DNA from: Oculina patagonica
Lineage: Eukaryota
Assembly: GCF_052425735.1 (NCBI RefSeq)
Contig: NC_135768.1
Coordinates: 9,858,001 to 9,921,853, forward strand
Direction of reading: 5' to 3'
Length of the DNA stretch: 63,853 nucleotides
In this document: piece after piece, positions 34,001-45,627 of the stretch
Numbering within the stretch: position 1 is the first letter of the stretch
How the letters are laid out: each line of letters opens with the position of its first letter
Notes under the pieces: generated by a model
Told to the model about the DNA's origin: nothing
Database searches by the model: none
Seen by the model: the letters and a program-made list of their open reading frames with translations, nothing else
Position numbers and translations under genes: made by a program

Positions 34001-37000
34001 CAATGATAGTGTAGCAATGATATACAAGAAACGATTTCACCTTTAATAGTCATAGGCGTACGGGCACCTTCGGACCTGGGGGGGGGGGGGGGGGGGGTTG
34101 GGCGGACACCTTATTGCCCAAAAAAAAAATAGACTTTCTCAAAGTCCGCAAGCTATGGCAAATGTGATTGCAATTAAATCAAACTGAGGGATCTCGCAAA
34201 ATTTGCGCGAAAAATTGACCATGATTATAGCAATTTGCGAGAGAAAACGAAAACAAATGAATGAGAAATTTGGACTTTTGAACCACAAAATTCAGTATAT
34301 TTTCAATACGTTTTTTCTATAGATGTAATTCGTTTCGAGCGTGATGTTAAGATTTGTCGGCTTATTTTCTATTCTTTCTCTAGGCTTGTTGGCCGAATTC
34401 TAAGCATTTTGCCCGAAAAATTTCGGCACTGGGAGGGCTGTTAATAGTACACTCAACAGAATTACTACATTCTGATTGGACGAGAGCAGTACAAAATGAT
34501 CCCAAATTGTACTCTCTAGGAGTTTATTTAACTTCTGTTTTCGAAGTTGACCATAAAACCTCCGAAGACTTTTAAAATGATCCAATGACTTTGAAGATTT
34601 CCGAGGTCGACTCGAAGATTCCCGAAGACTTACAAACTTGAAGATATTTAATTAAGTTTGTGAATTTAGAATTCGTGATTAATAAGTACTCGTGATGTTT
34701 TGAAAGTTCTCAATCTTGACGGTCGTGCGATTTCCTATACTAATTTCTCATTTGGCGGTTATTCATTTAGTCGTAAAAGTACTGTAAGGAGAGACCTAAA
34801 GGGAAAAATGTAATTATAACATAGCAAGCAGAGCCGCGCAATCAAATTCAGTATACGTAAGCGTGCTCAAAATCCCGATGGAGCACGCTGATGACGTAAT
34901 CGACGAGCGAAAATCTCACTGAGTAAAGCTCATACGCTGCGGGTGCTTTGCTAAAGCGATGACATATTATTTTCGGAATATGAAAAGTGAATCCTTTCAA
35001 TATTTTCCCAAGGAAACGAGCTACAAGGTAAGCTGTTATGAGACGGAGAGCGAAAGAGAAAATAAATTCGATTTTGCCGTCAAAGTTGTTTGTGTGCTTT
35101 CCTTCATTCTAATAACAACAACTAACGTGCGAGTCTCGAAGGACGAAAATCATTTTTTTCACTGCCCTAACGTGGAAGAATGGGCCAACCATGAATGACA
35201 ACAGCTCGATGGCACTAAAAACTAGCTGCCTGACGAAAGTTTTCGCGTTTTAAGCATTACACCAAAGCGTCTACGGCTCTGTTGTGATTTTGCCGCTCGG
35301 GAAAAATTAACTTCATCGGGCGCTTCATTTAACTACCGTTTTCATTTACATCAATAACAAAAAAAATCGGTCCACAAAAATACTTAAAAGTAAGCATGGA
35401 ACCGAATTCTTTGACCCTTTTACCCTTAGAATCTGTTCTGCTGTTCGAGGTTGTTTTGTTTTAATTTTCTTTCACGGGGGAGTAAACATTTAAATTTTAA
35501 TTCAGCGAAAACTTGCCTCAGAATCAACAGCAGTATTTACTGTTTTTGTCATTTTTTTTATTCGCTCTGCCACCGTATAAACTTAGTCAATTTATCAGCC
35601 ATTTGACACAAACTGCTCCAATCGTGTAAACTTGTACATGTGTAATTTATTGCTCGACCGCTAAGTTTATGTTCTCACACTGCACACAATAAACACAGTT
35701 TTCTTCCCGCGGCCGGTTTTGATGCACAATTCCACCGGCAATGTTATAAAACAATTGGTTCATGCTTTTAGCTGTGCTCCATCGAGTTTTAGAATATAGC
35801 CGCTGTATACGCGCGATGGAATTCTAGCGGGCTTTAGCTGAAAACTATAGAAGCCCGGTACCCCGGATGTGCGAATTTCGCTGAACGACTTCGTCGACTT
35901 CGCATCTATTCTCTTGTTTTGTTGTTTAAATGATGCTTTAAAGCAGCGAGTTTTTATCAAAAACGTTTAACCTGCTTAAATGGAAGTAAGACAGTGCAAA
36001 AGGAAGCGACAGATGAAGAAAGAATCGTTGAAATTTGTTTTTTTTCTTTGGAGTTGTATACGCCACTATTTTGCCGTGAATTGCCCGAAATTGATTGGAA
36101 ATTATTTAGCAAAACAAGCCGAACTCTAGAAACGCTTTGAGGTAAGAAACCTTTCTTAGCCACAATCTGAAGACAGAACACTCCACTTTTGTTTCTTTTA
36201 AATCGAGTAAGAGGCGAATTTGAAAAACTTGCTGCGAAACGAACGCATGAAAATTTTTCATTTGAATGAAATTGAAGTAGGCTTAACCAAACTTGAATGC
36301 GTAAATATTTCAACTAGATTTGTTGGCTTTGTGAGAATCTTTTGGTAGTTGGAGAAAGGACTATATAAATAGGAAATATGAATGGAATGGTATCTTGGTT
36401 TATTTATAAAGAAGCTGCCAAAGAAAATAATAAACTAAACTTTCACTTTTAACAATGCTGCGTGCGTTTGTAAAATGCCGTGAGCGGCCGCGAGTCTTGT
36501 AAGTTCTGTGCTCTTTTTAATGCTGTATTCTAAACCCACTAGAAGATAGTTTTCCTATGTCCTATAAGAAAATACTGCACTTTTGAGGTCTAGAAAAGCA
36601 GCTAAATGCCCTCGCCTGACGGCTCGGGCATCCACTAGCAGCTGTTATAGACCTCAAGCGTGCATTATTTTCTTATAGAATATGGAAAACCATCTTCTAG
36701 TAGGTAAATGGAGCACTTGGGAAGTTTGGAGAGCACTCAAGAAGCTAGAGTTGCCCTCGGCTATCGCCTCGGGCAACTCTTCCGCTTCTTTCGTGCTCTC
36801 CAAACTTCCCGCGTGCTCCATTTAACAAATAGATTCCATTTTGCAGTGCGTCTGTTTAATTATAGATCACAGATGACGTCAAAATGTGGTATTATTATTA
36901 TATAATAACACAAGACTTCGGCACACTTCAGTTTGAGCAATGCCGCCGTAAAGATGAGCTAAGTTGTTTTGATTTAACCATTAAGTTTTCGTTAACACGA

Positions 37001-40000
37001 AGCACTGCTAATCCGATTGAATAAACAGAAAAATGGTCAATTGAAAGTCAATGAAAAAACTAACCTTTATTCCGATTTGGAAAGTTGTTCAAATCTGTAA
37101 ACATAACCGAAGCGTTCAACCACAATTCGTTTGTTTCCCGTGGCGTTGTCCGAATTGCACAACATCGGTCAAACTTACTTACAGATTTCGAATAATTTCT
37201 CGAATAATAATATACATACAAAAATTTCTGCATGCTCATTGGCTGAGAGCACGTCAATTAATCCCAAACAGTGCAGAAAGTTGAAATTGAGTGCAGAAAG
37301 TTGAACCAATTGTTTAAAGGACATTTGGGCACATTTTGACTGGGAATTCGAAAATGGGATTTGGCTTACTGGGGCTGGCAATCGCAAATAAAAACAGTGG
37401 AAACTGGGAATGGAATTTGGGAAAATTTTTGTCAAAACAATTGCTGGGAAATGGGATTTGGGCAAAATTTGGGCTGAGAAATAGAATTTTTATACCCTGC
37501 TTCAGGACCCTCTGTTTTCTTGCAGTGGGGATTCCAACAAATGGACAGAAACAAAAATGGCCTGGTTGACTACAACGAAGCTGCAAGGGGGAGGTGGAGC
37601 CTGCGTGGTCCAAGAGTGTGCCAGTTAGCTTTCCTTCGAAAGTGTGATGAGGATCAGAGTAGGAGTGTCTCGCTGAAGGAATGGCAAAATTGCTTCAAAA
37701 TCACTTCAGGTGACAATGTACAAATGGGAAAATTAAAATCGACTTGTTCCTGGCAATATCGATTCACTTTCAGGCAGTAACTGATATTATTTGGATATTC
37801 GAGCATGAACTGATGAAACGCTGATTTTTACCGCTAAAGGACTGTTACAATGTACCTTAAATATCACACAAATACATGTACTAATCGGAGGATCGATCAA
37901 GATATACGAAAACTGACAGCTAGTAACCCTCCTCTCCTCCTTGCAGAAGAAAATACATTTTAAGAGTCTCAGAAAAGGCTCAAAGATCCAAAAACACTAT
38001 GTCTAAGGTTTATCGGTCTGTTACTAAAAATGTCTTGTCTTGTGGTACATGGTAAGGTATTAAGGCGAAGTTCAGGCCTTTTCTAAAAAGTTGGACCTCA
38101 TTGTCCTTCAGATCATGGTGAGATGCATTCACTACCATCTTGTTTTAATCTCCTCATGCTTATGTAATTCAGAGAAGAAAGGTAACTTCTTATTTTGTTT
38201 AAGGAGCAGCTTTTCCTTAAGGCGTTCTGTCTCCTGTGAAACTTCATCCATCAGACTTTCGAAGTATAAATCTCCAATAGTTTTTATTTATTCCACTTTA
38301 ACAGATAAACCTCACTTCACTTACACCTATGGCCATAGCCCTAAGTGGGCATAGGGCCGGACATTCTCCCTCGCCATGCCGCACGGTCCAGAGCAGCCAC
38401 TGCTGCCTCGCTCCTCGAGCCGAAACCCAAGGCCGCTCTTTTTTTTCTCGGCAGTTTTGCGCCAAGTCTCCCTCGGTCTGCCAACAGATAAACCTCAGTG
38501 ACAGATAAACCTAAGATCGGATGAATCTTGATCTTGAAAAGTACTACAGTTCCTAGACAGTTTTACTCACAATAACACTTCTATTCTTTTCAGAATGCAA
38601 TAAAACCTGCCTCCGTGGTCAACTTGACACAGATCTTTGTCAGTGCCAGTGTCCTGATAGTGTTATTCACGGACGGGTAGTGACGACATCTGGAGCCCCA
38701 CTTCAAGACGTCAGCATTTGGTTTGGAATCTCCTCTCGTGCAGAAATGGCAAGGACCAATAAGAGTGGGCACTTTTCAATGATTGACAGGTGTGAAAATT
38801 CGTCTTATACGCTAAGGAAGAACGACTACATTCCTCTTCGACTTGAGGGCGGCATTCAAAGAGACGGCCATCCGCTTTTGATCCGTCTTGAAGATGCAGG
38901 TATACTGAGCTAGCTCTTGTTAACTGAGCAATAACAATTTTTCCCAGCTTTTTGTAATACTTTCGGGGCAAAGAATGTGCATTTTTGTACATTTTGTCAA
39001 TTTGTCAACTAGTGAGGCGGGCAAGGCAAGTGACCTATCAGGCCAGAGCTTATCCCTGCTGTTTCAGTAGCATAAAGCGACTAGGAGTATTTCTACTACA
39101 CCTGGATTAGATGCTAGTCCATTGCAATGTTACCCCCCAGAAGTACCCATTTATAAATCTCGGTAGAGAAAGGAACAATGAGAGTAATGTGCCTTGGCAA
39201 AGAGCGCAACACAGTGACCCGACCAGGACTTGAAGCCTGACCGCTCGATCCGGAGTCTAGATCACTAACCATTAGGCCACTGCACTTCCACATTTTTTGT
39301 ATACCAACATATTTTCATGTATTTCCTTTACAGAGCCAGCTTTTGTCTCCGTTAATCCAAAGAGCAAGACACGCATTGCTGGACAAAGTGCGAATTTCAC
39401 CTGTGAAGCAGAAGTGACCCTACCAATTGAAATAAGCTGGTAAAGCAATTAATCGTTGTTTGCTCCCACATGGACAATTGACGTGAAAGGCAGAAATATT
39501 TAATACTTAAATTCAATTATTTTGTTCTTGTTAAAGGTATCATAATGGAAGGCGTTTAAAGAAGGTTACCATGGGAACGAAATCTAACTTGTTCATCCCG
39601 AACGTAAATGGAGCTCAAGGCTTCTATACTTGCAAGTCCACAAACGATTACGGATCGGAGATTTCGAGTCCTGCCGAGTTGAAGGTCCAAGGTACGATAT
39701 CTTTCTATTATGTAACGTAGAATCGTCTTTTGCACATGCGTTTATTGCAAAATTCTTTATTCTCAAACGAATAGTACCAAAAAGAGGGTATATGCAAAGT
39801 GGGCATAGGGTTTACAAAAACATACATTAAGTAAAATGTTTTTGAAACGTTCTCTGGTTAAAAATGTGTTACCATATAAGCTTTCGGCTGCCAAAAGCTT
39901 ATATTTTAACAATTTTTTAACCAGAGAACGTTTCAAAAACATTTTACTTAATTATGAATCCTGGTTACTCTTCCATTTTCAAAAACATACATATACTCTT

Positions 40001-43000
40001 GTGCAGTACATGTGCACACAGTCAGGTGCCCCTAACGCCTTTAGAATAAAAGTTAAGTAGATGTGCTACACGTTTTACTTAGTACACACAGTCAGGTGCT
40101 CCCTAACTCCTACCGCCTTTAGAAGAATAAGCAATTTATTAATATTAATTTTATTAACCATCAATTTAAGTTTACACCAGAGCACTTAAGGAGTTGAGCG
40201 ATTTATCGGTTTAGTGGGTTAGTGAACGACAGCTCACTAACAAACCATCACAAAGTGCATTTTGCACAAACAAACAAACAAAAAAACAAATAAACACACA
40301 AATAAGAGCAAAAGCAAGCACCCATTCTTTTGGTGGACCCAAGGTTTCACTATGGTAAGGTAAAAGTTGGAATAAATTAAAGAATCCAGACTAGTTCCAA
40401 TACAATGAAAAAACTCTTCTCGTACTCTTTACACAGAGGAAATATTAGATACCTGCAACCGAACACCAAGAAGTCACGTCATAAAACTACCACCAGGATG
40501 TAAGGTAGCAAGCACAGGCGAGGACACCCTGGATATTGGGCAATGTTCTGACGAACCATGCTCCCAGACTTCATCATTATCACACAGTTGTGGAGCGAAA
40601 GAAGATTGCTGTTGCGGTCCAGTGAGCGAGGATCACCAAGAAAGGATTGTCGTAAACTGCGGTGTAAGTTACAATGACATGGTGTTTTATCGGCTCAAAG
40701 GATGCGGGTGCGGCACATGCGCCAAACGAGAAACCGTCATAAAAGGTGAGCTGTTCTAAATAAAAATAATTATGTTATTATTGATTTTTTATGATTGTTC
40801 ACCCAAAAAAGTTTGCGGTCGACCATAGTGGCCCATCAGGCCGTAACCATCTAGCCCCAGTTGTTCAAAAGGAGGATAATGCTAACCACAGGATAAATCA
40901 CTATCCGGTGGATAGTGTAGTATGTTTTGTTAACACTTATCCACTGGATAGTGATTTATCTGGTGGTTAGCGTTATCCGCCCTTGGAACAACTGGGCCCT
41001 GGCCACTGCGACTTCCCATTACTGATTTTAATGACAACTACTGGCATTACTGATATTAATGCCTGTCCACCCATACCTTTTTATTTATATCATAGGGTTG
41101 ACGAACTTCCTTGTAACCCATTTTGACAGCCAAACATTTGAGATCTTAAATAATAAATATTCCAGGTTACTGGAAGTGCATTAATTATAAAAAAGTCGTT
41201 GAAAAAAAAGAGGCTTCTAAACAGAGGAAAGAAGTTGATAGAGTTTCATCATTATGGTATCATTTTCGTTGTTCGAAGGACTGATTACTACTGTCATTGC
41301 GTTATAGGAGAAGTCGTCGGTGGCCCTGACCGAGTCCCAGTCAAGAACGTAAAAGTTATCTTCAGAAAGAAAGTAGTTGATAGGACAAATGAAGAGGGAA
41401 AATTCTCGTTCACTCTTTCTGATGATGTGGACCGTGTGGTTGTCACATTTCATGACCCGACAGATCGATTTTTTAACACTACTCAAACCGTGCCAATTCT
41501 GAAAAGCCAGACTGTGTCCCACATCAACATAGCCCTACCTGAGGAGGACCCGCCAGTGACGTTCGACAGCAGCCAAGACCTGAGAGTGCCACTGGGACAC
41601 GCTGAGGACAATATGGCGGAGCTAGAATTTCCAGCAGATAATCTGCTGCATAAAGATGGGAAGCCGTTCAAAGGTGAGTTTCAAGGCGGCGGTTGCCAAT
41701 TAAAAGGCTTTTCGTTACAAAATCGTGAAAGCCTTGAAAGTCCACGACGAACATTGTATACTGACTGTTTTGAACGAGGTCACTAAGCAAAACTACTGGC
41801 AGTTGATAATGGAATGGAACTCGTCAATAAGAGAAAACTTTCTGTGTGGTTGGGAGCGTGACTTATTGTCCACTTATGCGTTAACGTTGAAAGCCTAAAA
41901 AATTTCTATTACAATCCTTAAATGACATAGTGAATATATAAAAGATCATAAAAGACATAAAATCTGTTTGCTTTTCAAGATTAATTTGCAGGAAAGCAGT
42001 ATTAAAGTCCTGAAATAAGCATGAAAATCATTGTTTCTCCTTAAATCAAGTTGTTGTTTTGTGTATTGCATAAGTGATAATATGGCGACAGAATCTCCTT
42101 GTGGAATTGTTTTTGGACTGAAACAATGAACTCGCTTCATAATGCATACAGTGGACTAACACACAGTGTTCAGCTAACCTTTTAGTCATAATTCTAATGC
42201 AAAAGTTCGGAAAATCGAGAAAGGTATGAGCAAATCAGTTTAAACCCTTTTTCGGAATTAAATTTGTAGTATAGGTTGTCGAAAACAATTGAGCTATTGT
42301 TTTCTTTTAACAAAGAACTGCATGCATAAAAAAGTATAAAAATTGCCAACTTCAGCATCAACACTTGGCTCCTGCTAAGAGTTTTAGATAAAGTCGCAGT
42401 CCTTGCAGTTGCAGTTTACAGCGTTATTAATTGGTTCTGCAAGGTAAAAGACTGAAACGACGAAGGTTCTGGACTCGGCGAGAATTCTGCCGACCCAGGA
42501 AATGTTTACCCTAGCAACTGTTTCGTCGTATTTGCGCACACTCCATATCCAGGCACTGTCATGTAGTTTAGCCCAGGCCCCCAAAAGGCTAACCCCCACC
42601 TGAATCAAACAAACTTTAAAGAATGATATAAGAAGAAAATTGGAGAGTGCGTGTTGATTTGAAGATGTTTTCATTTTACTTTCCAAGGTAAAGCAAAGCT
42701 AAGGGTGAGTTGGAAAGATGCAAGAAACGTCAGTGACTTATTGACTACACCAGGAGACTTCACTACAGTTGACCAATCAGGAGACGTTCAGCCACTGAAA
42801 ACATACGGGATACTTAGAATCAAAGTTCAGGACGAGGATAATGAGCAACTTGACCTTGCAGGAAATATGAAGATTCATCTTGACCCTGATAAGGTAATAA
42901 CTTGAAACCTTTTATAATAAGCAACTTTTAATATTTAGGGAATATCTGGTACTTGCGATGTTCAAAGAAGGAAACATTTAGATAATCCATTATTAAGATC

Positions 43001-45023
43001 CGATAGATGTTGTGTAGTATATTCCCCTTGTATTCTTAAAAAGGTGACTCATGCATAAGGGCTACAGAAATACCTGCAATCAAAACGCAATGCATCATTT
43101 GCAACATTTCGAAATGCTATATAGTCATATTGCAGTACACTGTTTTTTGTAGTCCTTGACTTAACTGTTGAAAAAACAAATTTTCACTAATTTGCATACC
43201 ACAGCTCATACTTCCAGCCCTCTCCTCCATTTCATTGTTGTCCAGCTTGTCGTTTCGTGGGAAAATCGTGGGATGAACTTCAAGCCACATGAAACAACAT
43301 TGAGCAGGGAAAGAGGGTGATGAATTTTTTTTTTTGCGCTTGAAAGTCAGAACATTCACAAAAAGTGCGCGATATGTCTTTGGCTCAAATACCTTCGTCC
43401 AGGATTGAAGCTACGTTTTGAACACATATTTCTGCAACAACTGTAGCAACGCTTCGATGAATTTTACAAAGTTAACATCTAAAAGTATATTGTATGTCAT
43501 TTAGCTAATATAAAAAACGTTTAAAAATGAAATAAAATTTAATTTTCGATTGCCTTCTTTGGCTTTTTTTAAAGAGAAGACTCTGCAAGAGTAACAGAAT
43601 GCAAACGTTCTAAGACTTTATTGTTTGTTGCCTCTAGGGAGGCAAACAGTAGTCACATATAAACTCTTGGGACGGGTGCTCTTTCATTAACATAGTTTTT
43701 GTTCAGGAATGAGTACAATGACTCCAGACTTTCGTTAATTTATATGTTCTTCCTCCTACTGGAGAAATGGCGCCATGGCTGTGGTGGCTGAATGAAAATA
43801 CCGGAAGATGGCGCCAAATGGGAGAAATGAAACCAGTCAATAACTCAAGAACCAAACGCTCATTGGGTGGCAGGAGGTTTTACATCGGTGACATTCAAAC
43901 TGATAAACTATCATACATCAACATCGACATTCTATGGAAGCGCTGTTATGTTCGAGCACAGGCCTACACCATGACGAATAAAGGCATGCAACCTGTCATG
44001 GGGGCTGTAGTGACATTGATTGGCAAAGAGAATACCAATCAGGAACAGTATTATGGATATACCAAGGAAATTACTAATAAAAACGGAATAGCTTGTATTC
44101 CTGCATGGTGCGACTCTAATGTTGTTTTGCAGTCAACCAAGTTGTCCTGTAATGCAGATGGGAGTGAACGTGTCAGTAAGTTAAATCTCGATGATACAAT
44201 TTTGGAGAAGCTTGCTCCTGAATTAGAAGCATCTGTTATAGAAGGGAATGAATCGCGTTCTTTTCAGTTCACGACGAAAGTAACTTCACAGGCAGGGCCT
44301 ATATTCGGTGGTGATGAGATGAACAAGTGTGTTGATCTCAGTGACAGTTTGCTGGCGTTTAGTTTTCGCTTGGACGAGGCTGAAGTCAAACTGAACGAGC
44401 TCGACGACTTTGGTTCCAGGCCACCCGGTCACCCACTGTCATGGTATACGACTGATGCCAGCAAACCAAACCAGGAACCTAAGAAGTGTTTCCTTAAAAT
44501 TAAAACAGAATATCGCTCACAAGATTCAGTTCCTTGGGTATCAGTGCAAAGTTTCACACCCGATCGTCAAACCAGGTACGGATTTTCTTCAAAAGAACAA
44601 TCCCTGACAAAAGAACGACCCACTAACGAATGGTATGTGGATCGGGTGGCTTCTGCTTGTGTTGAATACAGATGCAGCGAAAAAGACAAAGAGACATTCC
44701 TTGTGGTCACTATGCTCACTACCGCCTCCTGTTTTTACGATGTACCAATTACAGCAATTCTCGAGTTTCAGCCAAATTTTACCATTGCGATATCTTCCAG
44801 AAGTGCAGGGTTCTATGCCCCAATTGAGATATCTGACGGTAAACTGGGATTCTATTCAGGCCCTGGAAAGATCGCACAAGAGCGTTGCAAAGCCGGGACA
44901 GTAGACGATGTAGGAGAGGGTGTCAAGAAAATAAATAGCGATGGACATGGATTGCTAGCCTTTGATGCACCTGAATGCCCTTTGTATGAATGGATGGAAT
45001 TCCGTAACAGTGGCCCAAATTGA
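31004..45023 (+). CDS. CILP: CILP-like (cartilage intermediate layer protein-like) secreted ECM protein with an N-terminal SPARC-type EF-hand domain, ~1050 aa, 11 exons
   Basis: Phase-compatible GT..AG exons: 31004-31057, 31710-31746, 33379-33530, 37526-37709, 38594-38899, 39334-39439, 39537-39691, 40437-40745, 41308-41673, 42688-42893, ~43728-45023. Order: signal peptide; EF-hand pair; CNKTC...CQCQC plus carboxypeptidase-regulatory-like domain; Ig domain (TCEA...WYHNG...GFYTC); Cys-rich module (CNRTP...KLPPGC...CCCG...CGCGTC); then motifs matching vertebrate CILP (MAELEFP, PLKTYG, WWLNENTGRW, RTKR, RCYVRAQAY). The symbol denotes homology, not proven orthology. Confidence 0.88.
31228..31625. 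repeat. ~200-bp diverged tandem duplication in CILP-like intron 1
   Basis: gataagcgctgaa...tgtccttttcactgtt...ctttgatatccttt...ctttcacagaa occurs twice (~31232 and ~31433). Confidence 0.7.
31885..32235. mobile_element. Tc1/mariner-type MITE
   Basis: taccgtagaattccggttataagc ... gcttataaccagaataatactgta termini; internal gggcttata repeats. Confidence 0.65.
38315..38482 (-). mobile_element. 5'-truncated RTE-type LINE 3' fragment in a CILP-like intron
   Basis: Exact 15-bp TSD AACAGATAAACCTCA (38300-38314, 38483-38497); minus strand reads GRPRETWRKTAE...DRAAWR, with an aagtg-type tail. Confidence 0.82.
39026..39289 (-). mobile_element. tRNA-derived SINE
   Basis: Minus-strand head with A-box tggcctaatgg and B-box-like ggcttcaagtcc, followed by a non-tRNA body. 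Confidence 0.7.
40854..40998. mobile_element. Palindromic MITE
   Basis: gccccagttgttcaaaagg ... ccttggaacaactgggcc TIRs with internal ggataa/ttatcc repeats. Confidence 0.7.
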
Positions 45024-45562
45024 GATTGTCGGAAAAGTCACGAAACGCGCCAAAGACGAGCTGCGAGATCAATATTTTGAAACATGTTTTGAAAGATTTA
45101 ATACCTCATTGTAATAGGTTTCTTTTAAATACCTTGATAAGACAAATAAGTTAGTGAGGTAATAATATTGAAGGATTAGAAACCAATATAATTTTTTCCT
45201 AGTTGCTTTACCTCTGTTCCAGTAATGTCCTGGTTTCAGAACAATTACATGGAAATGAGTTTTACTTAACGTTCAAAGTCATATCCGTAAGAAAGGTTGT
45301 TTGCCAGGACTCAGAAATGGTTTGTTGATAGTGCCTGACTGCGCTATAAACTGAAGAAAATGGGGTAACGTTACGATTCCAGTTTGTTTTTAAATGTTCA
45401 ATAAAGTACTTTAAATGAAGTATCTTTTGTTCTGTTGTGAAATGGAAATATCTTTGAATCATGCGGGGGCGGGGGAGGAATAATTTTCTGTAGTTTAGAC
45501 TAAATAATAAATAGATTTTGGAAAGCCTAAAAACGGAGGTTATCAGTTAGTTGGTAAGGTGG

Positions 45563-45564
<2 letters not shown>

Positions 45565-45614
<50 letters not shown>

Positions 45615-45627
45615 GGGGGGGGGGGGG
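45565..45627. repeat. (GT)n microsatellite followed by poly-G
   Basis: Seen directly. Confidence 0.95.

Noticed and set aside
37947-38052. Possible extra CILP-like exon after a good ttgcag acceptor
   Set aside because: In-frame TAA in the required phase; skipping it keeps the frame open.
39200-39289. tRNA gene
   Set aside because: A/B boxes continue into a SINE body and I could not fold a full cloverleaf.
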